Shown: piece after piece, positions 17,445-27,470 of the stretch
Numbering within the stretch: the first letter of the stretch is position 1
How the letters are laid out: each line of letters starts with the position of its first letter
NCBI GenBank assembly: GCA_963668025.2
Contig: CAXXTH010000021.1
Coordinates: forward strand, 32,001-96,000
Source: Candidatus Hydrogenedentota bacterium
GTDB taxonomy: Bacteria; Hydrogenedentota; Hydrogenedentia; Hydrogenedentales; SLHB01
Length of the DNA: 64,000 nucleotides
Reading direction: 5' to 3'
Notes under the pieces: model-generated
The model's input: only the letters and a program-made list of their open reading frames with translations
Database searches by the model: none
What the model was told of the DNA's origin: nothing
Program-made: the position numbers and the translations under genes

Positions 17445-19805
17445 ATGAAACGTAAACCCGTGGTTGACCGTTTGCCGCTGCTTCCGCTGAAGGATGTAGT
17501 GGTGTTTCCGCGCATGGTGATGCCGCTGCTCGTGGGCCGCCCCGCATCCATTGCCGCGGTCGAAGAAGCGCTGGCTTCTGATCGGCCGCTCTTTCTATGC
17601 GCCCAGCGAGACCCACAGGATGATTTGCCGGGACAAGATGACCTGTACGGCATAGGGATCGCCGCAAGCATTTTGCAAACCTTGCGCATACCGGATAACA
17701 CCCTCAAGGTGGTGGTCGAGGGCATGAAGCGGGGCTCCCTGCAAAAACTATCCAATGAAAATGATCATGCCGAGGCGGAAGTGATTCCCCTTGAAGATAC
17801 GCCGCTCAATGGCGATGAAGGCCTCGCCCTGATGCGTACGGCGCTGGGGCAGTTCGAAGAATACGTCCGGCTGGGCCAGCGCGTTTCTCCCGAGATCGTT
17901 GCGTCCCTGCGCGATGTGGAAGAAGCAGGCGTCCTGGCGGATCTGATGGCCGCCTATCTTCCCGTGCCGTTTGCGGAACGCCAGGCGCTACTGGAGATCC
18001 TTTCGCAGCGCCAGCGCCTGGAAGGCATTACCGCCATCCTCATGCGGGAGAATGAACTGCTCGACATGGAGCGCAAGGTGCGCGACCGGGTGCGTGATCA
18101 GATTGACCGGAGCCAGCGCGAGCATTTCCTGCATGAACAGCTCAAGGCGATTCATCAAGAACTGGGTTCACGGGACGAGGGGCTCGACGACTCGAACGAA
18201 TTGCGCACGCTTGTCGAAAAAACGCGCATGCCCAAAGAAGTGCGGGAAAAAGCCGAACGCGAGCTGGCCCGCTACGAGCGCATGCCTCCCATGAGCCCCG
18301 AAGGCACCGTCATTCGGACCTACCTCGAATGGCTCATCGACATGCCATGGAAAAAACGCAGCCGCGATATCATTGATCTTCCCATGGCCCAGCGCGTGCT
18401 CGATGAAGACCACTACGGCCTGCAAAAAATAAAGGAGCGCATTATCGAGTTTCTCGCGGTGCGCAAGCTGAGCAAGAGCACGAAAGGCCCCGTATTGTGC
18501 TTGGTGGGGCCGCCAGGCGTCGGCAAGACCAGTCTGGGCAAATCCATTGCACGGGCCATGGGCCGCCATTTCGTGCGGGTCTCGCTCGGGGGCGTGCGCG
18601 ACGAGGCGGAAATTCGGGGCCACCGGCGCACCTACATTGGCGCGCTGCCGGGCCGTATCATACAGAGCATCAAGCGCGTAGGCGTCAAAAATCCTGTTTT
18701 CATGCTGGACGAGATCGATAAAATGAGCATGGATTACCGGGGAGACCCCTCGTCGGCGCTGCTCGAAGTGCTCGATCCGGAGCAGAATAGCGCCTTCAGC
18801 GATCATTATCTTGAAGTGGATTTCGACCTGCACGAGGTGTTCTTTATCACCACGGCGAACAGCGAATACGATATCCCGATGCCCCTGCACGACCGGATGG
18901 AGATCGTGCGCCTATCCGGCTACACGGCCTTCGAGAAAGAGCAAATCGCCAAGGGATTCCTTGTCCCGAAGCAGATGAAAGAGGCCGGGCTCACCAATAA
19001 AATGCTCTCGTTCAAGCCGGATGGCCTCGACCGCCTAATCCAGCGCTATACGCGCGAGGCGGGCGTGCGCGAGCTTGAACGCCAAATCGCCCATGTTTGC
19101 CGCAAGGCCGCCCGGCGAATCCTCGAACGCAAGCAAAAGGGCGCGATTGTCATCAACGCCGAAATGGCGAGTGAATTGCTCGGGCCGGAAGAATACTCGG
19201 ATATGCGCGCCGATGAGAACCCCCAGATTGGCCTAGCGGTCGGTTTGGCGTGGACATGGGCGGGCGGCGATATCTTGAATATCGAGACAAGCATCATGAA
19301 AGGCAAAGGCGAGCTGACGTTGACGGGCCAGCTAGGCGATGTCATGAAAGAATCCGCCCAAGCCGCCCATACCTATTTGCGCGCCCATATGACCGAGTTG
19401 CACCTGCCCCCGCGTTTTTATCAGATGCTCGATGTGCATGTCCATCTGCCGGAAGGCTCGATTCCAAAAGACGGCCCTTCGGCGGGCGTGGCCCTTGCCG
19501 TAAGCATGCTTTCCGCTCTCCGCCAAATGCCTCCCCGGGCAGGCTTGGCCATGACAGGCGAATTGACCCTTCGCGGCCGCGTATTACCCGTGGGGGCCAT
19601 CAAGGAAAAAGTCCTCGCGGCCCATCGCGCTGGCATCCGGATGGTCATTTTGCCCAAGGAGAATGAAAAAGATCTCCATGAAGTGCCGGACGAAGTTAAA
19701 AAGGAGCTAGACATTAAACTGGTGAGTTCCGTGGATGAAGTATTTGCTTTGGCATTTCCCCGCCCGCGTTCGCCGCGTAAGAAAACGGCAAGGGGCCGCA
19801 AATGA
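17445..19805 (+). CDS. lon: Lon protease
   Basis: LPLLPLKDVVVFP, GPPGVGKTS, IRGHRRTYIGALPG, PKDGPSAG, IKEK. Confidence 0.98.
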   Translation: MKRKPVVDRLPLLPLKDVVVFPRMVMPLLVGRPASIAAVEEALASDRPLFLCAQRDPQDDLPGQDDLYGIGIAASILQTLRIPDNTLKVVVEGMKRGSLQKLSNENDHAEAEVIPLEDTPLNGDEGLALMRTALGQFEEYVRLGQRVSPEIVASLRDVEEAGVLADLMAAYLPVPFAERQALLEILSQRQRLEGITAILMRENELLDMERKVRDRVRDQIDRSQREHFLHEQLKAIHQELGSRDEGLDDSNELRTLVEKTRMPKEVREKAERELARYERMPPMSPEGTVIRTYLEWLIDMPWKKRSRDIIDLPMAQRVLDEDHYGLQKIKERIIEFLAVRKLSKSTKGPVLCLVGPPGVGKTSLGKSIARAMGRHFVRVSLGGVRDEAEIRGHRRTYIGALPGRIIQSIKRVGVKNPVFMLDEIDKMSMDYRGDPSSALLEVLDPEQNSAFSDHYLEVDFDLHEVFFITTANSEYDIPMPLHDRMEIVRLSGYTAFEKEQIAKGFLVPKQMKEAGLTNKMLSFKPDGLDRLIQRYTREAGVRELERQIAHVCRKAARRILERKQKGAIVINAEMASELLGPEEYSDMRADENPQIGLAVGLAWTWAGGDILNIETSIMKGKGELTLTGQLGDVMKESAQAAHTYLRAHMTELHLPPRFYQMLDVHVHLPEGSIPKDGPSAGVALAVSMLSALRQMPPRAGLAMTGELTLRGRVLPVGAIKEKVLAAHRAGIRMVILPKENEKDLHEVPDEVKKELDIKLVSSVDEVFALAFPRPRSPRKKTARGRK

Positions 19806-20383
19806 GGGCTGTATCCGCGCGTTTTGTGAAGAGCGCTATGCTCCCGCAAGATTTCCCGCGAGAAGGCTATCCCGAGATCGCCTTCGCGGGGCGCAGCAAT
19901 GTAGGCAAATCTTCATTGCTGAATAGCTTGCTCGGGCGCAAAGGCCTCGCAAAAACGAGCAAGACGCCCGGTAAAACGCGCACGGTGAATTTTTTCGCCG
20001 TGAATGAACGGTTCTATTTTGTCGATTTGCCCGGCTACGGCTACGCCCGTGTCGCCCGTTCGCTCAAGGAAACATGGGGGCGCATGATTACATCCTATGT
20101 GGCGGAGCGTGAAGCGTTGCGCCTGGTGGTGCAATTAATCGACGCACGCCATCCGCCTACGCCCAATGATCACGAATTGCTCGCACTGCTCGATGAAGCC
20201 CGTGTGCCGACGCTTTTGGTGGCGACCAAATTCGACAAACTGAAGCAATCGGAACGCCATCATACGCTCAAGGTGATCCAGAAAGAATTGGAACTAGATG
20301 AAGAAGCAGCCTTGATTCCTTGCTCGTCGGTTACCGGCGAAGGCATCAAGGAATTGTGGAGCTTCATCGAGGATCAACTCTAG
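19802..20383 (+). CDS. engB: Ribosome biogenesis GTPase YihA/YsxC
   Basis: GRSNVGKSS, PGKT, DLPGYGY, TKFDK. Confidence 0.96.
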   Translation: MRAVSARFVKSAMLPQDFPREGYPEIAFAGRSNVGKSSLLNSLLGRKGLAKTSKTPGKTRTVNFFAVNERFYFVDLPGYGYARVARSLKETWGRMITSYVAEREALRLVVQLIDARHPPTPNDHELLALLDEARVPTLLVATKFDKLKQSERHHTLKVIQKELELDEEAALIPCSSVTGEGIKELWSFIEDQL

Positions 20384-20903
20384 GCAGCCTTTTTTGTAGT
20401 GGAAACGCTACAATCCCTGCTCGATCCATCACCCGAAAGGAAATAAGGCCGGAGCAGAAAAAAGGGGCAATGTTTCCGAAATATTTGGCGGAATGCGTTG
20501 TATAGTATTCAACATACTACCACTAAGGAGGCGCGTCAAAATAACTTGACTATTTTTTCGCATTCAACGCAATTTTCATGGCGATAGGAATTACCGCTTC
20601 CTTTCCGAGTGGTGGGAGAAAATCGGTAAGTTATTTTGACGCGACTCTTAAGCCAATCCCGTGAAAGCGTGAATCTTGCTTGCTCGATGGTAGGTATATT
20701 GTAGCTCTTAGTGGTATGCAAATAGATAATTCGTAATTTTTTTGACAATGCGGTTCTTAAGCGCGGGTAGGAACAATGCCAGTTACCCGGAAATACGGAT
20801 GGCATTGTTGTTTGACATGAAAATCCGCGCGACGTACCATACTGGCGTTTGCTGGGCGTTATGCTGCTCGAGAGGTGGGCGCGGCGTGACGGGAGTGGGA
20901 AGC

Positions 20904-20935
20904 GCCCCCTTAGTCAGCAAGAGGGGGCTTTTTTT
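20904..20935 (+). terminator. Intrinsic terminator-like hairpin just upstream of lpxA
   Basis: GCCCCCT-11 nt-AGGGGGC followed by T7. Confidence 0.6.
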
Positions 20936-20952
20936 CTGAGGTCGGATTCTAA

Positions 20953-21741
20953 ATGAATATTCATCCAAGCGCGATCGTGCATCCAGACGCTGAATTGGCG
21001 GAGGGTGTGGAAATCCAGCCGTATTCGATCATCGGACCCCATGTCCGCATTGGCCGAGGCACTCGAGTGGGCCCCCATTGCGTAATCGATGGGCGCACGG
21101 AAATCGGTGAGAACAACGAATTTTTTAGTGGCGCCCAGATAGGCATTCTTTCCCAAGACAAGAAACACAAGCTAGGGCTCATTGGCCGGACGGCCATCGG
21201 CAACGGCAACCAGTTCCGGGAGCATGTCACCATCAGCGCAAGCACCATGGAGAGCTTCGATGATGACCACCGGGTCACCTCGATAGGCGATGACTGCTTG
21301 CTTATGGCGTATTGCCATGTCGCCCATGACTGCCATTTAGGTAATACCATTGTCATGGCGAGCGGCGCGATGATCTCGGGCCATGTGGATGTGGAAGACT
21401 ACGCCATTTTGAGCGGCAAGTGCGGCATCCATCAGGAATGCGTCATTGGCAAGTTCGCCTTTGTAGGCGGCATGACGCGCGTGGTGAAGGATGTGCCTCC
21501 GTTCTTGCTCGTCGAGGGCAATCCCGCGCGCTGTTGCGGCCCGAATTCCGTGGGACTGCGCCGTGCGGGCTTTACGCAGGAAGCCCGTGGCCGCATTAAA
21601 GAAATGTACCGCATTGTGTACCGCTCGGGCCTGAACACGACGCAAGCGTTGCACGAAATCGAGGCGCGTGTGTTGGAAAGTGAAGAGCGGACCCATTTTG
21701 TCGAGTTTATCCGCAAATCGATTCGGGGTATTACGCAGTAA
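20953..21741 (+). CDS. lpxA: Acyl-ACP--UDP-N-acetylglucosamine O-acyltransferase
   Basis: IHPSAIVHP hexapeptide repeats, MAYCHVAHDC, KDVPPF, N.VGLRRAGF. Confidence 0.95.
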   Translation: MNIHPSAIVHPDAELAEGVEIQPYSIIGPHVRIGRGTRVGPHCVIDGRTEIGENNEFFSGAQIGILSQDKKHKLGLIGRTAIGNGNQFREHVTISASTMESFDDDHRVTSIGDDCLLMAYCHVAHDCHLGNTIVMASGAMISGHVDVEDYAILSGKCGIHQECVIGKFAFVGGMTRVVKDVPPFLLVEGNPARCCGPNSVGLRRAGFTQEARGRIKEMYRIVYRSGLNTTQALHEIEARVLESEERTHFVEFIRKSIRGITQ

Positions 21742-21773
21742 CCTGGCGTGGCGCCACCAAAGGGAGTTTCATT

Positions 21774-22730
21774 ATGCCGTCCGTTCGGATGGGCGTCATC
21801 GGCGTAGGCCATCTCGGCTACCATCATGCCCGGTTATACGCCGCCATTGAAGGCGCGGAACTCGTAGGCGTTATGGACCCAGACGCCGAACGTGCGCAAG
21901 AAGTGGCCAGCGAATTCTGCCCTGGCCGGGGATTCTCGAGCGTGGACGCTCTTCTTGAAGCGGGCATTGACGCCGCTTCCGTAGCCGCGCCCACGACGGC
22001 GCACCCGGAGATGACGCTTCAGTTATTGGATGCCGGCGTGGATGTGCTCGTCGAAAAGCCTATCGCGGCCACTATAGCCGAGGCGCGTATGATGGTCGAG
22101 CGGGCGAACGCCTTGGGCAGGCTGCTGCAAGTGGGGCATATCGAGCGGTTCAACGCCGCCGTGATCGCACTGCTTGAGGCTGTTAAGCGCCCGCGATTTA
22201 TCGAGTGCCACCGCCTGAGCACCTACCCCATGCGCAGCACGGATGTGAGCGTCGTGCTCGATTTGATGATCCATGACCTTGAGATCCTGAGGGCGATTGA
22301 GAAATCCCCCGTCGCCTCGCTGGATGCGGCGGGAGTGGCGGTGTTTTCCGAAACGGAAGATATCGCCAACGCGCGCATCCGGTTTGAATCAGGCTGCGTC
22401 GCCAATATCACCTCGAGCCGCGTCTCCATGGATAAAATGCGTAAAATCCGTATCTTCGAGGAAGACGCCTATGTGTCCACGGATTATAGCGAGCAGGAAG
22501 TGCGGGTGTTTCGTAAAAAGAGCGGTCCTCTTCATCCCGGCGCACTGCCCATGGACCGTATCAGCGTCGATACGCTGCCTGTCGAACGGGTCGAGCCGTT
22601 AAGGCTTGAGCTCGAGTCATTCGTTTCTTGTGTGCGGGAACGCAAGCGCCCCGTCGTAGACGGAGAAGATGCGCTTGCCGCACTGGTGTTGGCCCAGCAA
22701 ATCTTAGATTTTATCCATGCGCATGCATGA
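21774..22730 (+). CDS. Gfo/Idh/MocA oxidoreductase, probable UDP-GlcNAc 3-dehydrogenase (GnnA-like)
   Basis: GVIGVGHLG, VEKP, QVGHIERFN, VVLDLMIHD; lies between lpxA and lpxB. Confidence 0.85.
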   Translation: MPSVRMGVIGVGHLGYHHARLYAAIEGAELVGVMDPDAERAQEVASEFCPGRGFSSVDALLEAGIDAASVAAPTTAHPEMTLQLLDAGVDVLVEKPIAATIAEARMMVERANALGRLLQVGHIERFNAAVIALLEAVKRPRFIECHRLSTYPMRSTDVSVVLDLMIHDLEILRAIEKSPVASLDAAGVAVFSETEDIANARIRFESGCVANITSSRVSMDKMRKIRIFEEDAYVSTDYSEQEVRVFRKKSGPLHPGALPMDRISVDTLPVERVEPLRLELESFVSCVRERKRPVVDGEDALAALVLAQQILDFIHAHA

Positions 22731-22738
22731 CACTTCCC

Positions 22739-22786
22739 GTGGCATGGCCGTCCCGGCCATGCGCATGGGCGGGACGCTCATGCCAC
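22739..22786. repeat. REP doublet
   Basis: GTGGCATGGCCGTCCCGGCCATG-CG-CATGGGCGGGACGCTCATGCCAC. Confidence 0.9.
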
Positions 22787-22910
22787 GAAATCCAAATAGG
22801 TGAAACGGACAGGGGTGGCATTGTGGAATGAATGAGCGTGAATACATCGTATTGGTATGCAGGCACTTGCACACATCTCTTTTATCCGGCGCTCAGGGGT
22901 AGGTGGCGAA

Positions 22911-24017
22911 TTGCAAATTTTCTTTGTAGCGGGAGAGTCTTCCGGCGACACCCACGGCGCGCATTTGGTGAGCGCCTTGCGCGAAGCCTGTCCAGGCCTG
23001 GAATGCGAAGGCTTGGGCGGCGTCCAGATGGAAGCGGCAGGGATGAAGCTCCGCTATGATTTAGCAGGGCGCGCCATCATGGGGTTCACGGAGGTTATCC
23101 GTTCCCTTGGTTTTCTCCGCCGTTTGTTTCACGACACCGTCGCGCGCCTAAAGGAAATGCGCCCCGACTGCCTGGTCTTGATCGATTACCCCGGTTTCAA
23201 CATCCGCCTTGCCAAGCAGGCCAAAGCTATGGGCATTCCGGTTGTGTATTATATTAGCCCGCAGATTTGGGCGTGGAAGAAAGGGCGCATTCACACGCTG
23301 GCGGCGGTGGTCGAGAAGATGCTCGTGATTTTGCCGTTCGAGCAGGCGCTCTATCAGAAAGTGGGCGTCGATTGCACCTATGTAGGCCATCCCCTGTTTG
23401 ATCACCTGCCATCCGTCCCACGGAGCGGGCGCTTGCGTGGCGGCATGGTCATCGGCTTGCTTCCAGGCAGCCGGGAACAGGAGATCGCACGCATTTTACC
23501 CTTGCTGCTGGAGGTGGCGGCGGGTATTGCCAAACAGCACCCTGATGCCCGGTTTATCGCGCCGTGCGTCGATGCCACTCGGGAAGCGCAAATCAAGGCC
23601 ATCGCGGCCGATTTTCCCGTCGAGACCTGTATTGGCGGCGCGTATGATGTCCTGGACGCCGCCCGTTTCTGCTTGGTGGCCAGCGGCACGGCGACCCTCG
23701 AGACCTGCCTGTTCGGTGTTCCGATGGTGATTGTGTACCGCATTTCGCCGCTGAGTTACTGGCTTGCCCGCATGCTGGTGGATATTAAATACATCGGTAT
23801 CGTGAATATCCTGGCGGGCAAATGTATTGTCCCCGAATTTGTACAGCATGGCGCATGCGTCCAAAACGTGCTGCCCGCCGCGCTCGAGTTGATCGAGGAA
23901 ACCCCCGCCCGGGCGCATATGCTCGATGAATTGGCAATGGTCAAGGCATCCCTGGGCGGGCCAGGCGCATCGGCCCGCGCGTCGGCGGAAGTGCTGAAGG
24001 TTATACAAGAAAGCTGA
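22911..24017 (+). CDS. lpxB: Lipid-A-disaccharide synthase
   Basis: AGESSGD, IDYPGFN, YISPQIWAW, ILPFE, YVGHP, LLPGSR..E, SGTATLE. Probable TTG start. Confidence 0.96.
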   Translation: MQIFFVAGESSGDTHGAHLVSALREACPGLECEGLGGVQMEAAGMKLRYDLAGRAIMGFTEVIRSLGFLRRLFHDTVARLKEMRPDCLVLIDYPGFNIRLAKQAKAMGIPVVYYISPQIWAWKKGRIHTLAAVVEKMLVILPFEQALYQKVGVDCTYVGHPLFDHLPSVPRSGRLRGGMVIGLLPGSREQEIARILPLLLEVAAGIAKQHPDARFIAPCVDATREAQIKAIAADFPVETCIGGAYDVLDAARFCLVASGTATLETCLFGVPMVIVYRISPLSYWLARMLVDIKYIGIVNILAGKCIVPEFVQHGACVQNVLPAALELIEETPARAHMLDELAMVKASLGGPGASARASAEVLKVIQES

Positions 24018-24034
24018 CAGGCGCTACTATTCTT

Positions 24035-24082
24035 GTGGCATGGCCGTCCCGGCCATGTGCATGGGCAGGACGCCCATGCCAC
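24035..24082. repeat. REP doublet
   Basis: GTGGCATGGCCGTCCCGGCCATG-TG-CATGGGCAGGACGCCCATGCCAC. Confidence 0.9.
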
Positions 24083-24150
24083 TCTAGTCTTGCCTCCTAT
24101 CCGGCGAATTAAGCAGTTCGCACTGATGGCCGCCCGCATGGCACAATGGA

Positions 24151-27100
24151 ATGATGAAACAGCTTAGAATCTATCTATTAATAACTGTCGCGGCGCTGTG
24201 TTCGCCTTTGCCAGGCGCTGCCCAAACACCTGACGATCCCGTGGAATTATGGCGGCATGCCACCATCTACCGCGACGAATGGGGCGCGCCGCATGTGTAC
24301 GGCGAAACCGTGCGCGCCATGGCGTTCGCCTTCGGCTACGCCCAGGCGCAAGACCATTTACGCGAGATGCTGCTGGCGTACCGCATGGCCGATGGCCGGC
24401 TCGCGGAGGCGTTGGGGCCGGAACAAGCGCCTTCTGATGAATTCGCGCTGCGCATGGGCCATGCCGAATTGGCCGCGAAAGCCTACGCCAGCGCCGATCC
24501 CGTGACACGCGATCTTTGCGAAGGTTTCGCGGTGGGCGTCAATGCCTATTTGGTGGAGCATCAAGAACAAGCCCCGGAATGGGCGGACGGCATGAAGCCT
24601 GAAGATATTCTGGCGTTGATGCATTGTTATCTCATGTCATTTGCCCCCTTCGATCTGCCAGACGCCTACCACCGCCCGCCTGCCGCCCGGTCGGCCAATA
24701 CCTGGGCCATCGCACCCCAGCATACCCCGGACGGCAAGGCGCTGCTGGTCATCAATCCGCATACGGACTATTTCGGGCTGTTTCAATGGTATGAAGCGCA
24801 CTTGTCCGCGCCAGGATATGAGATATCGGGGGCTACGCTCTTCGGTCTTCCCGTGATTCTTCAAGGATATAACAATGTGCTGGGCTGGGGGCTCTCCCCC
24901 AATGCGCCCGATACCGCCGATGTATACATGGAAACACCGCCACAACTGCAAGTGGACCCGAAATCGTTGTCGCCGGAGAATATGGACCAGGTCTTGGCGG
25001 TGCAGCTTGCCAACATCCCCGAATCCAAGATCTATTATGTAAGCGGCGCGGAAGGGCTTCAAAAACGCTCGGTCTCCTACCGGATTAATCCGCGCGGCCC
25101 CGTGGTGGCGTGGGTGAACGGCAAGGCCCAAACGCTTCGGGCTGGGGGCTATCGGGAATTCGGCGCTATCAAGCAATTCTACGAAATGGGGGCCGCCCAG
25201 GGGCTTGATGCATTCCAACAGGCTATGGCCATGCAGCAAATCCCCTGTTTCCATGTGGTGTACGCCGACCGCGACGGCAATATCTATTATCTGTATAACG
25301 CCTTGGTGGGAATCAAGGATACTTCGAATCCCCAGCCTGTACAGGAAGGGGCCCATCCCACCGAGCCCATCATCATCCGTGACTGGACCAAGCCCGTACC
25401 CGGTGGGGATCCTGATTTTGACTGGCATGGCATGCTCCCATTCGCCCAACTCCCATCGTTGTTGAATCCGCCCGCGGGGTATGTCCAGGCCTGTGGCGCG
25501 CCGCCATGGCAGGTATCGCCCGGAGCGCCCCTCGACCTCAGCCAATGGCCTTCATCCATTGGCGAAGAACCGGACACCTTTCGCGCACGCCGCGTGCGCC
25601 AGCTTTTAGGATTCGGCGCACGGTCATTCACCGATATGCAGTCCATGGTATTCGATGTCGTGGCCCCCTTTGCGCTCGATGCCGTGCCGCATTTGCTCGA
25701 TATCGCCGAACAGCACCCGGACTGGGTTTCATCCGGGCACCCGGATCTGCCAGTCGGACTTGATGTGCTCCGCAATTGGAATAAGGTGGCCGAGCCCAAT
25801 AGCCCCGGCATGACGTTCTTCCATCTGTGGTGGGCGGCATATAAAAAGCTTGCGCCCGGGATTTCCGATGATACGGTGCTGGGCAACGCCTTCCTCGCGG
25901 ACCAGCAAAACCCGCTTTTAGCCATCCAAGCCGCGTCGCAGGCGTCGTTGCTCTTGCGCAATGAATACCAATCGCTCACGGTGGCCTGGGGCGATGTCCA
26001 TGTCGCCCAGCGGGGAGGGCAAATTGTGCCGGTGGCGGGCGCATCGAGTGGCCAGCCCATTTTTGTGTCGTCCGATGACACCTTCAAATCCAGCCGGTGG
26101 TTCGCCACGTATGGTTACGCGTATGCCAGCGTGGTCCAGTTTGGAGATCAGCCACACGCCGTGAGCATGGTTCCTTTTGGCGCATCCGAAGACCCGGAGT
26201 CGCCGCACTATGCCGATCAACTGCCTTTCCTCGTTGAACGCCGGTTCAAGCCGGTGTATACGGCTGAAATGGATGTGTTGCAACATGCCCGGAGCGCGTT
26301 TGGGCGGGTGCTGCAATTGCGCGCCGCAGGCGTGCCGGGACGGTTCCTCGTGCGTGCGGAGGACTCCGTGGAGGCTTCGATTAGCGTGTCGGCCCAGCCG
26401 CCCGCGCCGATTCCCGAAAGCCTTGCGCCTTATTCCTTATTTATACGGGCGGAGCAGAAGCCTGCTGATGTGGCCGCGTCCATTGATATTGAATTGTCCG
26501 TGCCGCCGGAAGCGTGTCCGGAAGAGGCCTTTTCCCGCCTCATGGTATACGGATATGAATCTGGCGCTGGATGGCAGCCGCTTCAGAACCAGCGGGCCAA
26601 TCCGCAAAACCGCAGCCTCGTAGCCAAAGATCGCGGCCTGCGTACATACGCCGTTTTAGGCCCATCGGCGTCTGCGCCCGCGCTGGCCGCTCCACGCGCG
26701 GGAAACGCGGCGGCTCTGGCGAAACGCTTGGTGCCTGGCCAGCCGCTGGTTCCCAACACGGCAGAGCCGGAGAATGCCGCGCCTGTGCCAGGTGAGGAAG
26801 CGCCCCCGCAACCATCAACAGCCCAGCCGCCTGTTCCCGCAGCTCCGGCTATACCCGGCGCTACCTCACCGGATGCCGTTCCCGAGGCGCCCGGTGCTCC
26901 AGTGGCTCCAGCCGAGACTGCCGTTCCAGGTGCTCCTGCGGCTGCTGAAGCAGCTACACCGGATGCGGGGGAATCCGCCATTCCCAAAACAGATAACAAG
27001 GTGGCGGTTGCATGGGGCAGGAGCCTTGAATTGCGTCCTGCCGGTGAAGGCAGCCGCATCCAGATCATTGCAGAGAAAAACATGGGCGCACGGCTCGCAC

Positions 27101-27408
27101 GCCTCGATACGCCGCCCGGAACTCTTCCGGAGGGAATGGCGGTCATTGGCGGAATAGCGGAGTTGGAATGCACCTCGCCAAGTGATGTTTCACAAGTGAA
27201 CGTGTCGCTGGCCATACCGCCCGGCGCATGCCCGAAAGAGCAATATGGCAGCCTGAAGTTATACGCTTACAGCACGGATTCGGGGTGGGTGGAATTGCCA
27301 GGCCAGGAATGCGATGCGGAGGCGGGCATTTTGCGCGTGACCGATACCGCGCCGAAAACATACGCTATATTGGGTCCATCATCTTTGGCGGGCGCTCCCA
27401 CGGAATAA
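24151..27408 (+). CDS. Secreted penicillin-acylase (Ntn hydrolase, S45) family protein with duplicated C-terminal domain
   Basis: Signal peptide, IYRDEWGAPHVY, FGYAQAQD, NPH, WYEAHL, G.S.DP.SPHY.DQ; two homologous ~120-aa C-terminal domains separated by a Pro/Ala linker. Confidence 0.88.
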   Translation: MMKQLRIYLLITVAALCSPLPGAAQTPDDPVELWRHATIYRDEWGAPHVYGETVRAMAFAFGYAQAQDHLREMLLAYRMADGRLAEALGPEQAPSDEFALRMGHAELAAKAYASADPVTRDLCEGFAVGVNAYLVEHQEQAPEWADGMKPEDILALMHCYLMSFAPFDLPDAYHRPPAARSANTWAIAPQHTPDGKALLVINPHTDYFGLFQWYEAHLSAPGYEISGATLFGLPVILQGYNNVLGWGLSPNAPDTADVYMETPPQLQVDPKSLSPENMDQVLAVQLANIPESKIYYVSGAEGLQKRSVSYRINPRGPVVAWVNGKAQTLRAGGYREFGAIKQFYEMGAAQGLDAFQQAMAMQQIPCFHVVYADRDGNIYYLYNALVGIKDTSNPQPVQEGAHPTEPIIIRDWTKPVPGGDPDFDWHGMLPFAQLPSLLNPPAGYVQACGAPPWQVSPGAPLDLSQWPSSIGEEPDTFRARRVRQLLGFGARSFTDMQSMVFDVVAPFALDAVPHLLDIAEQHPDWVSSGHPDLPVGLDVLRNWNKVAEPNSPGMTFFHLWWAAYKKLAPGISDDTVLGNAFLADQQNPLLAIQAASQASLLLRNEYQSLTVAWGDVHVAQRGGQIVPVAGASSGQPIFVSSDDTFKSSRWFATYGYAYASVVQFGDQPHAVSMVPFGASEDPESPHYADQLPFLVERRFKPVYTAEMDVLQHARSAFGRVLQLRAAGVPGRFLVRAEDSVEASISVSAQPPAPIPESLAPYSLFIRAEQKPADVAASIDIELSVPPEACPEEAFSRLMVYGYESGAGWQPLQNQRANPQNRSLVAKDRGLRTYAVLGPSASAPALAAPRAGNAAALAKRLVPGQPLVPNTAEPENAAPVPGEEAPPQPSTAQPPVPAAPAIPGATSPDAVPEAPGAPVAPAETAVPGAPAAAEAATPDAGESAIPKTDNKVAVAWGRSLELRPAGEGSRIQIIAEKNMGARLARLDTPPGTLPEGMAVIGGIAELECTSPSDVSQVNVSLAIPPGACPKEQYGSLKLYAYSTDSGWVELPGQECDAEAGILRVTDTAPKTYAILGPSSLAGAPTE

Positions 27409-27423
27409 AGTATATGCCTATCC

Positions 27424-27446
27424 GTAGCATGGGCGTCCCGCCCATG
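27424..27446 (+). repeat. Single REP
   Basis: GTAGCATGGGCGTCCCGCCCATG between convergent genes. Confidence 0.8.
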
Positions 27447-27470
27447 TCCCGGTCCGGTTCCCGTGTAACG

